Shown here: one piece after another, positions 37,594 to 51,704 of the stretch
Layout: every line of letters begins with the position of its first letter
How positions within the stretch are numbered: the stretch's first letter is position 1
Assembly: GCA_030248215.1 (NCBI GenBank)
Contig: JASANG010001414.1
Coordinates: 496,001 to 560,000, forward strand
DNA length: 64,000 bases
DNA from: Enoplolaimus lenunculus
Lineage: Eukaryota
Direction: 5' to 3'
Program-made: the position numbers and the translations under genes
Notes under the pieces: model-generated
What the model saw: the letters and a program-made list of their open reading frames with translations, nothing else
Told to the model about the DNA's origin: nothing
Database searches by the model: none

Positions 37594-40500
37594 TCAATTG
37601 TGCAAACTATGTAACATTGGAATCGGACGAACAGTTTTTGTTACGAGCTTCCAGTGTTCAAGGGCTTTGCCTTTCGTGCAGTATTCCCCGCCGATGACAA
37701 CTCTTCCAATTTGAGTATCAGCTAAAAATGAAATAATAAGGGGGGGTTAGGGCTCTTCAACGTTTCTCGTAAAAGTCATTGAAACCTTTAAAAGTCCCTC
37801 CTGAAAATATTTTAGCCTCCTAGCAAGGTGGGCTGACTGCAGGCCTGTATATATGGACACATATTAGCACTTAACTACTTGAGCGTCTCTCGATTTAGTC
37901 ACAATAAACAAAATATTAACTTATTGCGTTAATAACAAATGATGAAGATTAAACACTGTGCAAGCCACATAACTCGACCGTTACGGTAGTATTAGCATAT
38001 TCTTAAGCCTAAACCTAACCGTAACAATGAGTTTATACCTAAGCCTAAAACCAAAAAAATAGTCTAAGGATTGTGCGTACTATACTGCAGTCCCGTGGAA
38101 AAACGGTTCAATCCTGATTTTTGCATGGGGCACTGTGAAAAATAGTGACAAATTCGTAGGGTGCAGGGGCAAATGAGAGTAGGCATCTCCACAAGTTGTG
38201 CCTGGCAAAATATTTTCTGTTATTTGGTAGTTGTTTAATGAGTCTGTTCCTTGTAGATTCGTTGTTTTGTTTTTCAATTATAAATTTCCAATAGGATCAA
38301 ATTGAAAAGTGGTTAAACAATGTAAAACAATATTTTAGCATTCTTGCACGGCAAAAAATAGTGAGTCAAATTGACTCTCTCCGAAATAGGCTCTACGGGA
38401 CTACACAATCTGAGTCAAATTCGACTCCGCCAAAGTCAAACGTGCAACCCAGTCAGCAGAATTTGACTCTGTCGGAGTCAAATTTGACTCAGTTTGTGTA
38501 GTCCCGTAGAGCCTATTTCGGAGAGAGTCAATTTGACTCACTATTTTTTGCAGTGTACAGTTGCAGCTGAATATCCATTCGTAGCAATTTGCGCTGTACA
38601 ATATTTAAAATCGCTTACGTTTCGTTCGGTAGATTGCAATTTGAACGCTCGCAATTTCAAGTTTATCTCGAGGGATTTTGAATATAAACGATTCGTTGTA
38701 TGCAGGATTTACACACTTTTTGATGGTTTTTGTTTTTTTCGTTTTCTCTGATTTGTTACCGAGCCACGTCATTGTTACTTTTGCGTATGAGTCTACAAAT
38801 ACAATAAAGCCCTGTTCACACGTGTGCAAGTTGAAGCTGCAAGTTCTCGCTGCAGCAACTTGCACACGTGTGAACAGGGCTTAATTTCATCAGAACTTTG
38901 CTTCTACTTATGCAACTGCAACAATAACATGCGTGCACCCGGTGACCTTAAGGGGTTTAGTGTCGTGGACACTGAAGTTTTGGCTTCAGTATGCTGGATA
39001 CTGAACCTTTTTGGCTTCAGTGTCCATGACACTTCAACCTCCAAAGTCACCTTGTGTACGCATGTTATTGTGGAAGTTGCATTACTTGACGCTACAATAA
39101 GGTATTACATTTCGCTGAAACTATATACTTTCCTCGCTGCAATAACGTTATAACTTCGACAGTGTCGGTCTAAAGTAGAGGTACGATCGGAAACTTCCGA
39201 CCTTTTTTATTATGCAGCAGCAAATGCACCCTTACCTAGCGCGGATCAAACTAGCGACCTACAGATCGTTAGGCCTACGCCCTACCATTGCGCCATGCAG
39301 ATGGCCTCTGCAACTACTTTTTCGTCGATTATATGTGACGACCGTATCCTGCCAGATAACATACAACACAATGTGCATTGCATATATTGCATATGCACCA
39401 GGATAAGCATGTCTCACATACTTGCAGAGAAAACCGTGTCCGAATATTCTAAATTTCTTAGAAGAGACCAGATGGAATAAAGCCTTGAATTTAAACTTTA
39501 TCTTTCCTAAAAATCTGTCGCTTTTAGTAGTATTAGGCTTCTCTTAGCCAGTTTCTATAAATCAGTGTTTTAAAATCCGTTCAAACTATAGCTGAACATG
39601 CGAATCAGGAGTAATTTCCGAATCGTTTCCAACAATTATATTTAGCTTGGATTTTCAAAGGGTTACCGAGGTAAATTATACGTGAATCTGACTTTACACA
39701 AGCTACATTACGGTATTACAACGCTAGTTGCAAACAGGTTAAGACCCCCTTGTACACGGTTTATGCATCCAAACAGCTTAAGGATCAAACCCCCTTTGCT
39801 ATTTTCGTTCAGCGTTTTTAGTAACATTTTCATTGGTGTGTGTGGCACAAAAACTTCACCGTTAAAAATATGTATGACATAACGTAATCTTCCTCGGTTT
39901 CCAAAATATTGGTCCCGTTCGCCACCCCCCCCCCCTGCGTTGTTCAGCTCACATTTCTAACCTACCAATGGTTTCTTTGCCTTCGGGTAACTGCAAATTC
40001 TTGGCTTCCACTACCGATACTGTCAGTTCTTCGAGGACGGCGTTGTAGCACAAACTGGTTTGGACATCGCCAATGTCAGATGAATTCTAAAAAAAGCAAC
40101 CTTAAACCGTATTTTAAGCTATACAACATAAAAATTTCGACATTACACAGCTTACAAGTATTTTCTGAACTAAAAAGCAACTAAATTAAAATATAATTTT
40201 GAATGCGAAACTGCTTTTCAGGCCTAACAACGACAGAATTTTAACGTATTTGAACTCACGTGTAAATGAATGTGTTCTAAATCGCTATCGGCAATTTATC
40301 TTTAACGTGGAATATCTGCGTTGTGTCAAAAGTTGCATTTTAAATCAAAACTTGAGTTAAAATTTTGATAGTTTTGTAGAATGGATGTTTCATTTTGCAC
40401 CTCGTGTAGAAATGTCAATGGGCAAGATGCATTAGCTGCCGCAAATCTATGAATTGTAAACTTTTTACGCTGGCCACGTCTGAATCCAGGGAAAAGTTAG

Positions 40501-43500
40501 CTTTTTATTTCAGTTTCACTACTATTTTAATATGTAAAAATGCGGTTTCTTTTCGTGCTTGAAATTTTCAGTCAGCACGGTTCACACACATTTCTAGCCT
40601 TTTAGGCTTTTGAAATTGCGAACCTAGGCTCCGTTTAAATTTGAAAACAAACACATTTTGAACTAAATTATTTCAATCAGAACAGATTTTAACTTTTTTA
40701 CATCAGATTCTTCGCTGCTGTGTTAAAATCATACGACAATGGGATATTACACGGTGTCAAACAAATTGTAGATATTTATAGTTTTGAAATGGTAATTCTT
40801 GCTCCAGTTTAAATTTAAAAACGTACATTTTCAGCTAAACTATTTCAAAAAGAACACATTTTCATATTTTACACCAGATTCTCCACTGCTGAGATCAAGC
40901 AATCTGACGATGCTTTTACATGAGCCCGTATTCTCAAACGTATGCAGCACCTATTACCAATTGCTGATAGGCCTTGTAACTTACGAACTAGAAAATGTTG
41001 AGGTTTGATATTCAGCACGTTTATTGCTTCCGATTTTGTTCTACTTCTGAGCAGATTATAAGATCTGCAATTGCAACCGTTCGTTAGTATGAAAACCTAT
41101 CGCTAACTGGTTATTGGTGTTATATGCATTTGAGAATACGGGCCATGATATTAAACAAATTCTAGACATTTAGACTTTTGAACTTGTGAACCTTGGCCTT
41201 ATTTAAGCTTAAAAACAACTACACATTCAGCTAAATTATTTTATATACAAATTTAAATTTTACATCAGACTCCCCGCTGCTCAAATCGAGCCATCTGACA
41301 ATGGTTTTGTCGACATTCGGACCAGTGTGTTCGGTCATTTTGTAACTCGCGTGTCCGATAGCCACGTTTTGACTGGTTGCACTTGCGTCGTACACAACAA
41401 ATTCAACCGATCGTTCGATTAAATGATCAGCAGTCGCCTTGAAAACGGGAAAATTATTTAGCCAAAAATGCAAAAAATGGCAAAAAATCAAAACGATTTG
41501 ACGCAATCACATAATATAATCGTGTAACTATATTTAGATAATTTTCAATTTCGCTTGTAAGTAGTCACTCTAAAAATGCTTGCATGCCCCTCCTGAAAAT
41601 TGTTTTAGCCCTCCATACAATGGTGAGGTGGCTATGGACGTGGTGCGCAGTTGCACTTGCGTGGATTCCCTAAGCAAAGTAAACGTTTACTACATTCAGA
41701 TCGTAAGCAGCATAGTATCGCCAAGAGTGCGCAACGGGCCCGTAGCCAAGAGTGACCAGAGGAGGGAGGCTCAGCCCACCTGAACAAATTTTGACCACAC
41801 CTACAGAATTTTCAACCTGGCTTGTAAGTAGTCACTAAAACCATTGCATGCCGTCCTGAAAAATTCTTAGTCCTCTAGCACAGTGAGCTGGTTATGGGCC
41901 TGGTGTGCAGTTGCACCTGCTTTGATTCCCTAAGCTAATTAATATATGGACAATTTATACAGTAAAAAAAATTGAAAAATAACCGCGGCACAAAGCTTAA
42001 TTAAACTTTTCTTTGTAGGACGTTTCTTGACACCCCACCGTAATATTTTGTCACTGTGACACCCTGGGCCCATTGTCAAAATCATCCAGGAAGAGCCCCG
42101 CCGCCCTTAGATAATTTTGGCCACCACCGTTAAAAGTATCAAACTCGCCAATAAGTCATCTTATAAACCGTTGAATGCCCCCCTGTTAAAAAATTTTAAT
42201 TTTTCTACCAAGGTGAGCTGGTTACGGTCCCATAGCATCTATGGTATGCACCATTCTTGTTTGAGCCAATTGCAAATGGCTAGACGTTCAATAAAATTGG
42301 CACATCCGTACACTTTACCGGATACAAACAGACATAGTTTAAAAGAACTCACATCAAAAATAAACGTTTCATCGTAACGAGGATTGCTTGTTCTGCGTTT
42401 GAATCGCGACTGAAAACAAATCCGATCGTCTGGGGACAGATAAATCCTGAAACAACGCAAACAAAGGCTAAAACGCTACGAAAAAATCGTATACCAAACT
42501 TACACGTTTAAATGTCGCACGGCGCTCAGACAACCAGCACAACATATAGCGGAGCAATGAGTTGTACAACGGGCACACACTTGAGGACACCATTTTGGCT
42601 GTAAAAATTGTTTTAATTTTATAGATCGAATCGAATCATTTGACGCGAAACACAGCCTCATCGTTCGTCCTTTCTGGTTGCAAGCCTTAGGGTTGCGCTA
42701 TACGGTTCTGTGCCGCACGTCGCCGCGAGTTGCCGCCACCACCGCACGCTGCTAACAAAAATACAGGCAAAATCTGTTTGGTGGCCTTCGGTGGCGTGCG
42801 GCTGTGTGTGGCGGTGCGTAACGACACGTTACGGCGTACGGAAATTTTTAAAAAAATGTTACCTTGCTACACGCCGGCACGCGGCAGCGTCCATAGCACA
42901 ACTCTTACTCGGAAACGAGGAAGGTCTCCAGTTCAACTCTTTTTTTGCTGTGTAATGCTAAAATAAAACAACGGTTTCTAGAATGAATCGAGCAACAACT
43001 TACTTGACAAACGGATCAGAAAATTCTGTTTTTTGTTGATTTTTCGCCGGAAGATTTCTGATCTTCAACAGGCCAACGACCAACTTTTCAGCGGTCGGGT
43101 CGAATTTAACCGAAAACCAAATTCGGCCAAGATGATTGTCAGGAAACTCTAAATGATCGCCTTCTTCGCCACATTTGTATAAGTCTGGATTCAACGTACC
43201 GAGGTCGTTTGCAGCACCTGAAAAACGCAATTATAAATGTAGACTGCGAAACAACACCTGATAAAACAATATGCAAAATATCATCAGTGAAAATGACACG
43301 AACATACAAAGAATTTCAGTTTCTTGAGGGTATAAAAGCTTCGTGTAAATGAAACTTTTTTGATTTTTACAATCCAGAAAGTTAATCTTTTAAAGTTCTT
43401 TAAATTTTACATTTATGTCTGTAGAATTTTCGCAAAGAATTTCAGTTTTTTGAAGGTATAAAAGGATGTGTAAATGAAAATTTTTTGCCTTTTACAATCC

Positions 43501-46500
43501 AGAAAGTTAATCTTTTAAAGTTCTTTAAATTTTACATTTATGTCTGTAGAATTTTCGCAAAGAATTTTAGTTCTTAAGGGTATAAAAGGATGTGTAAATG
43601 AAATTTTTTTGCCTTTTACAATCCAGAAAGTTAATTTTTTAAAGTTCTTTAAATTTTACATTCATGTCTCTAAAAATTTCGGAAAGATATTATTTCGCAT
43701 AATTCCTCAAACGAATACGCGTTTGGAATATTAGTTTTTTTGGAACACGCACGAGTTGCGTCTTACACGTAACTGACTCCATTTATTTGAGTCAAAACTG
43801 TGGCAAATTTTCTAAAATTATGCTTTCAAATTTTTTCTATTCATGTTTTATGGTATGTTTCAGCAAAATCTACGCCCCTTGACAAAGATGTTTCACGAAG
43901 TTTTTGAGCAAAAGTCTCGTCTATAGTGTCATTACACTCTATCGTTGTTAAAGGTTCATTTGTTATTTGAGTAACGAAAAAAAAGGTTATTTCGAGTTTA
44001 CTAAAAAATTAATTGAGTTTTAGTCGATTTTTAGCATAACAAGCAGCGTAGTGTCAGTTTCTTTGCTATTATTTCGCTTAAAGCTGTTGCGACGACTTTT
44101 GAAATCTAAAAATGTCTATAATTTTTGACTGAGAACTATCACTAAACAGCTAATTAATGTCATGCTGTAGTGACCTGACTAATAGGATTGCTCGTCTTAT
44201 TTGGAGTCTATATCCCTAATTAGAGTCCTTAAACGAATAAAGCTCAAAATTTCTAACTACAGACCATAAATGTCAATTACCCTAATTGTGGTACATAAAT
44301 GGTTCCATGACCAGTGTATGTTATACCTAGACTGATAGCAATATACTCACGTTATAAAAGTATATTCCTAACTAACGGACTTGAAATACATAGAATGGCA
44401 TAGGAAAAATTTGTGGGGCGGAAAAAATCTCACCCCATTGTTTTCAATTTAATTTAACAGACGTGCGAAATTTCGAAGCTCACCACCATATCTTGTTCAT
44501 ATGGAATCTACGACAATTCGCCGGCCGACAACTTTCGCCCAACAGTGTCCGGAAGCCTAGACTAAGCATAAGCCTATGCGCAATCAAAAGCCTAAGCCAA
44601 AGCCTAAATCACACTGATGGACGACGAATTGTAGAGTCGATGAAATTTCGGATTACAAGTTGTCCGCCGACGAGTTGCCGGGCGACGAATTGTTCTGATA
44701 CCGTTCAGAAATTACACAACATATTACCAGCTAAAAACGCATTACAGCCATTTGAGAATGCAACCACTGAGAGGTGATAGGTACTATACACATTTGAGAA
44801 TACAACTACTGATCTTAACTCTACTTAAATACCCTTTCGAATGTCTGGCCTGATCATTTGGCACAAATTGCATTGGCCAAACGACATTCTAAACTGTGTT
44901 TTAGATAAAAGCAAACAAGCAAATATCTGTACCCTATTCAATAGGGAGAAGAGGTCGCAAAACATACGTTCTTTTGGCATATACCGAAGTTTCTCCGGAT
45001 CTATAAAACTGGACAGTGGCGGAAACAATGGTGCTGGAAGCGGGGAAAACATTACTAGAACCAAAATATAGGCGGCGTTCGTATACTTTAGGTAATTTAA
45101 ATCTGAAACCTTACTAGCTTTTTGTGACGGTTAGCTTGTGAAATGGAGTAGGCAGTTAATTCTAAGTGGCCATGTAAAGATCAGGGACGGAAAGTTTTTC
45201 TGTGGGAAAGCAACAGAGTAAGCTTGAGGCTATTTTTTTGATTAACTTTCGGATCAATCTTACGTATAAGCTCATTCCAACGCTTAGCCTTAGGCTTCGG
45301 CGTCGGAATAAGCTTATTTTACTGTTACAGCCAATGCACAAAACAAGATTTAAAAAGTTATAAAATCACAGAACCCCGCGATCTATTGCGTAAGGTTATC
45401 ACTGCGTATACAAGTGGTGGGATAGGGGGCTATGTCCCCACCCAGAAGTTCTGGAAAGGCGAGAAATAATGCAATTTTTCAACAGGGTTTACAATGTTTC
45501 ATAACTTTAAGGTAAAAAATTTTGCATGAAGTATTACTTCCGAAATGGGAAGGGCAATGTTTACCTTAAAGGGTTGTGCACCCCTTTGTCTATTAGAACG
45601 ACTCGGTTTCTGTAAAGCATCAGTGTGATTGACGAAGTTACAATTATATCCTGAACAGTACTGTAGTGACACGAATAAGTGGAATAATAAGAAGGGGTCC
45701 CCATTTTGAGTTCCAATAATAAGAGTCCGTAAGCAGATAGAGTCTCTTAACCTTAATTACAGCTCATAAATATCAATTATCCCAAATTGTAGTGCATAGA
45801 TGACTCCAGCACCAAACGCAGTTGAGTTTGAAACTTTAAAGCATACTTAGTTTATAAAGTACATTCTTAGGTATAACTTTGCATTATCGCTCAAGGTTTT
45901 GATACAAGACAAACGTAAAGTTCAACGGATAGTTGCAATACCGAATATATCAGTAGCGAAGGGCGAGTTGAAAATAAATAACAGTCCGTAACCGAAGAAC
46001 AAGAAGGTACCCTCCGGAGAGACCATATTAATATCAGTCCCTCCCCTCTCTTATTCGGATCACTACAGTATGAGGATTGCCGACAGGTTCAGAATTCAAA
46101 AGCCCCCCACTAAAATGTGGACACAAAACAAAATTATACTTGGCCGACCTAAGCTCCTTAGCAGTTTTCATATTCAGCAGTGAAGTACAATAATTAATTT
46201 AAATTCTAAAATCACATTTCATGCACTACAAATATTAAGGTCATAGATTCATAGTTACACCCATGCTGAACTATAGCCGAAATACAAAATTGTACGTAAA
46301 CAATCATTTTGTTTGTGCTATTTCAAGACTAAAAGTATGCAGAATACAGCTTGTATTGTTGATTTGACCTGGGTTTCCCTTTGGGAGTCGAACAACTTTC
46401 TCGTGGGACTATAACAGACCAAGCATACGCTTTAGACTAATTTTTATGCTTAGGCTTAGGAATATGCTTAATACCTGATACAACCCCTCAAAGTAACAAT

Positions 46501-47325
46501 GGGTGTAGGTGAAGTTTATTTTTACAACAAACAGAAATCAAGTAGTCGGCAGCGCAGAAAAATTCGGTTTCATGGAACAAGACAAAGGACCTTTTTCTTA
46601 TTTTTAACAACAAATATGAAGACGATGTTTAGGTTTGCGCTGAACCGATTACACTTTAAACGCGATCAAACGCCAGATACAGTTCGTGCAATTGATGCCA
46701 GGGTGTAATCGGAGGTCTGAATTTAGCTGCGGTGGAAACTTACGTTCGAGCTCCGGTAGAATTTTTGCTAGAAGTTCAGGAGCAATGACTTCATTGAAAT
46801 TTGGGCCAATGTTACTTTAAGGGGCGTAAAAGTAGATTAAGCGTATTCCTACGCCTAAGCCTAAACCTAAGCGATGCAAAGATGAGTTCCTAAGCCTAAG
46901 CCTAAGCCTAGGCGTAAGCAAAAAATGTAATCAAGAATCTAAAACTACTCTTTTATAGACCCACCAGAAACCTATACGCCCGTTAAAGTAACATGGGCTG
47001 AAATTTGACAAATTTTGTTTGTTACATCTTTATTAATTAATTTTGCATTACATACGGTACGGTTTTTTCAGTTTTTAATGCCCCCGGTTGATACCTGTTT
47101 TATCAACAATCCGTACCAGAAGGTTGGTTGATACAGGGGCCATTACCTACCTTATAGCAAGAAACGTGGGCTTAAAGTTGCTTAATTATGAGACCTGCCA
47201 TAAACTTATTTTAGTGTTAGGGTGTTTGATTCTATTTTATTCTATTTTATTCCGAATTCCTTACATATCCTTCTACCAGTGCCGGTGGAAGCGGCCCCCA
47301 AACCCCCAATTGACGATCCCATCAT
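37594..47325 (-). CDS. SYT15: Synaptotagmin-15-like tandem C2 domain protein
   Basis: Phase-consistent exons 47265-47325 (or to 47356), 44968-45054, 43004-43217, 42353-42446, 41264-41437, 39966-40086, 38619-38792, 37594-37721 (TGA). C2A: LGTLNPDLYK..LGRIWFSVKFD..EKLVVGLLK..DPFVKIYLSPDDR..QSRFKRRTSNPRYDETFIF. C2B ends IGRVVIGGEYCTKGKALEHW. These match SYT15-type motifs as recalled. Confidence 0.8.
38808..38881. mobile_element. Miniature (74 bp) PIF/Harbinger-like MITE
   Basis: Near-perfect palindrome AGCCCTGTTCACACGTGTGCAAGTTG; TAA TSD. Confidence 0.8.
40923..41144. mobile_element. Harbinger-like MITE; second copy at 61111-61321
   Basis: TIR (G/A)GCCCGTATTCTCAAA; 3-bp TSDs ATG and CTG respectively. 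Confidence 0.8.
43307..43680. repeat. About 125-bp tandem repeat, three copies
   Basis: caaagaattt…tttacaatccagaaagttaat…aaattttacatt recurs at about 43307, 43432 and 43558. Confidence 0.9.
45661..46068. mobile_element. TA-flanked MITE; partial copies at about 44166-44420, 59230-59480 and 63410-63692
   Basis: ta|CTGTAGTGAcaCGAATAAG…CTTATTCGgaTCACTACAG|ta. Confidence 0.7.
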
Positions 47326-50300
47326 GGCAAACTTAGTTTTTCTCGCTGACCACGAACTAAGTTATAGACGGCTGCGAAACATTTCATTGGGTCCCAACGA
47401 ACCTGTTTGGAGCGAGCTGGCCCGATCAAACTAACGCCGTTCCTGACCTCTACTCTCGCTTATACGACTTTTAACTGTCCGATTTGAGTAACTCACTTGA
47501 AATGATCCATAAATATGTCAAAAACACTGTGGCTACAACGGATTTTATGTTTGCATAAACAAATTCATTAGTGAAAATTTAATATTTTTCAAATTGAAAT
47601 CCGCAAAGCGGAAAGATTAAACGGTTAGCGCTTGAGGGTGTTTGCTTCAAGAACATTATGACGCGTCGGTTGTTGGAAACGCTGTATAATATCAACCCAC
47701 TTGCTTCAGCACTACAGATATTTAGATAATGGGCGGTTTGCAATAATTTTTGAGCACCATTGCTTAAGTGGCTGCCATCAATTTGTACGTGTGTCTGTGT
47801 TACGGTATGTAGAATTTAAAAATAGTACAAAACACCCACTGCATCATAATTGTGTTTATTGACCTGAACGAAAATTTTGATAAGGTGATGGTAAACGAGT
47901 GTGCTATTTTAAAATTGTACATATAGTAAAGTTCAACACCAGTCAAAATCGGTTGCAGCCGCTCAAAAAATAAATTGTGAATGACGCATAAATATCTGTT
48001 TACACCTGGCTATTAAATAGTTTGAGTGCCGGTTTTGGCGAATAGTTCTACACTGCAAAAAATGGTGCGTCAAATTGACTCTGTCCGAAATTGGCTTTTT
48101 CGTACTACACAAACTGAGTCAAATTTGACTCACCAGAGTCGCTCAGTCAGTCAAATTTGACTTCGGAGTCGAATTTGACTCAGCTTGTGTAGTTCCGAAA
48201 ATCTTATTTCGAAGAGAGTCAATTTGACTCACCATTTTTTGCAGTGTACTCTCGTAGCTCATTTATATAAATTTGCTGCGTTGAAAAGTAAATAATATTT
48301 CAAAGAAATGTGTAATTATTGTCAGGGTGTAACCGGATTTCCATTTCCGGTAAAACTCGGTTTCCGTTTCCGTTAAAGAAATAACGGAAATTATGTTATT
48401 TTTACGATCAAAGTTTAGTTATAAATCATGTATATATCTCGCAATTTTTAATTACAGATATGCTACAATTGTTCAAAATGAAATAAGAATTGCGAAATTC
48501 ATCCAAAATTTTAAAAACTTTCGATGCATCCGCCATTTTTCTTTGAAATGTTTGAAAGACCGCTGAATTTATGGACGCCTCGAATATGTTTGCAGAAAAA
48601 TAAAACATTTTTGAAACTTTTATACTTTAATATCCGTTTTCCGATTCCGTTGTTTTGATCACTATCCGTTTCCGTTATTTTCACTATCCGTGTACACCCT
48701 GATTAGTACTCAATACTACTGTAAAGTCTAAGGAAACACAACAAATATTCGAGACCATGTTATCTAAGATATGCTCGGCCTGTAGTAACGAAGGCAGATT
48801 CAGATGCGGGCAGGAGGGAAGGAATTCCCGCATAAGAAAACTTTTATGATAAAATTTTACGGTTTGTATTTGCCTTCAAAATATTTAATTTTATGCAACA
48901 ATAATTGCGTTTGTTACTTCGCTCGTTAGAACAATTCACTACATATATAGCGGGTGCGCTTTCCGTCCGAAATTTCTGGATCCGCCACATCATGTAAAAT
49001 AAGGAGCTGCCTAAATTAAACGTAAGTTTACGTAACCCTAAACAAAAGTCTAAGTCTCTCAGTTTCTACTTCTTTAGTTTCCTTGTCTCCCAGTTTGCAG
49101 GTCACTACAATTGGGTCAAATAGTCGAGGGTATAAAAATGAAACTAAAAATGGAATATTTTGGTAAAAAAAGTTACACCAGCCATGTAATTTGCATTTGG
49201 GAAAAGTCATTTTTCCTATGTTCAAAAACGGTTTCGGCAACCTGTAACAATTTAGCTTAAACTCAAAGAAAATTGAGTAAAAAATACTGATTCGTTAGTA
49301 TAGTAAAACAACGCAAGAGCGCCATCCTGATGGTGGTAACCGTATACTGGTCATTATAGCTTAGCTAAAACTGACTACGGTTTAAGCCTGATTATATTTC
49401 TTACGCCGCTATGGGTATACAAGGGAGCAGATTGTCTTGGTTATGATCCTGAGTGAAATTTAAGACAAAACTTTTGGCCCGTGTTAAAATCAGGAGCTGA
49501 ACGTTTTTCTTCTGAACTGTAATAGAACGAGCTTACAGCGCTTATACTAATTTGGTTTGTTTAAGCTTTGGCTTACGACTGTGCTTACACTACTGTTTTA
49601 CGCCGCCGTAAATATGCAAAGCGGCAGTTTGTTTCGTTTATGATTCTGAGTGAAATTTAAGCCAAACCTTTGGGCCAAGTAAAGATCAGGGGCGGAACGC
49701 TTTTCTGCGGGCCTGCAATAGCGTAAGCCCTTAGACTAATTTTTTGCTCACTAGGACTTTGTTTACACTACTGATATGGCCCTTCAAAAAAATATAATAG
49801 TGAGCATGTGCCCTATACTAAGCGTGGTTATGTGAAGGCAAAATTGCTTACAACAATTTCGCTAATCTAATACCCGCTAACTCTTTAAAAGTTTACGGAG
49901 TGCAGCAGAAACGATATCAACACCGCCCAAGAATTTTATGTAAATAAAATATACGCATCGCACTGGTTGCGAAATATACTACGAGTCACTGTATAAAAGA
50001 CTAACGCAAAAAAATTTTAAATTATAGTTTAGCGGATATACCGGACTATATCGACATTAAAACTAACCAATCATTTTAAAACTTGAACGAAAATAGTCCG
50101 CAGACACAGCAAAATTAGATGTTTTTTTTCTAGCGGACGGAACAACCGCAATTATTTCAGTTAAAATTAAAAAAAAATTGACCGCGATCATACTACAAGC
50201 GATTTCGATGCATTTCCTGCCAAATTAGTTTTTAATTTAATTTTAACCGCTCCAGTGTCGTTTGGCTTCAGTTCAAACACTAAAAAACCGGCACGAAACC

Positions 50301-50952
50301 AGCTTATTATCTATTTGAACGCAATCCAATAATTGTTTTGGGTACATATATATGTGTGTATGTATATACATGAGTGTGCGCGGAGCCAGGATTTTAAATT
50401 ATTAGCGGTTGTCGGTTACATGGTGTGAGTTGATTTTACCTCAGAATGAGTTGAATCCACTCAGAAGTATGAGCTTTAAATTGGGTCTCTCAGAATTCTG
50501 GATTATGAATAGTTTGAACTTAATTAATCATCTCAACCGGAATTAAACAGGCTTAGAGAGTTAATATTTACTACTATAATTCAGAAATAGCCCCCTCCTC
50601 GACTTTATACGCGTCTGACAAATGATTCGAAAGGGACCTTATACTTTATGCAGTTGAATTTTCACAACATAACATAATGCAATTGTTGAATTTGTCCACG
50701 CGGTCAGGTCAACATGCTGGGGGTATTAGAACATTTTTGATAGAGCTGTACGAAAACTCACATTATGTATATATGCAAACAGTAAACGGGACAGAGAGTC
50801 CTCCGAAATCGACTTTGCAAAATATCCATAAGGACCGCTGAGCCTCCGAGACCCCTGAACGTACAAGTTCGGTGGACATTCAACAGGTTTATTATTTCGC
50901 TTATTTCAAAATTGCAGCAACTCATGGTACTTTGTTTAAAAATGTTTAGCTA

Positions 50953-51704
50953 AGCCCTGTTCACACGTGCAAGTTTTTGCAGCAAAAACTTGCTCGTGCA
51001 ACTTGCATGTGCAAGTTTGGTCACAAAGCAGATTTGAAGTTGTTGCAGCTGCAAAGTATTCATTAGAATTCATGCGATTGAATTTAATACGCACGTGTGA
51101 ACGCCGTCGCAAATCGCTGGAATTTCTTGCATTTTCATTGGCCAATCTGAAGACATGTTGCTGAGCACCTTTTGAATTAATTCACACTTATTGTATTTAT
51201 TCAAGAAGTGTGAATTAATTCAAATATCAAACTTGTTTGATATTTCCCAACCGACGACGAAAGTAATGGGACTAGTTTTAAGTTTTTAAGCATTAAATAA
51301 AGATTCCATCGCGATGAAAACTTTTTCAAGTCAAGAAATTTCGAGTATAACCTTCTTTGCGCAAGAATGTTTCTTACAAATGAAACTTGCAGCTGCAAGT
51401 TTTTTGAAAAATTCACTCGAAGAACTTGCAGCTGCAAGTTATTCATGATTAATATATGCGAAGAATTAATTCGTAGGTATGAATAATCCTGCAAGTCGAA
51501 TTCATTTATCATCATTGGCTAAAATGATAGATTATAGGTTATGTTTGATATTTATTACAGTGGTCTGCAAATTATTCACATAAATTCATGTCAAGATTCA
51601 GAATGAAAGTTATGATTCTTTACAAATACTTGCAGCTGCAAGTATTTCGTGCAAGTTGCAGCTGCAAGTTCTCGCAGCAAAAACTTGCACGTGTGAATAG
51701 GGCT
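50953..51704. mobile_element. Longer member of the AGCCC-TTCACACGTGCA Harbinger-like MITE family
   Basis: Same TIRs as 23545-23863; flanks cta/taa. Confidence 0.75.

Noticed and set aside
47356..47495. Stop-codon reassignment or readthrough suggested by in-frame TAG/TAA in a coding-looking frame
   Set aside because: All well-supported exons are free of in-frame stops and the MARVEL gene ends in TAA. UTR or intron status, or the acceptor at 47356, explains it.
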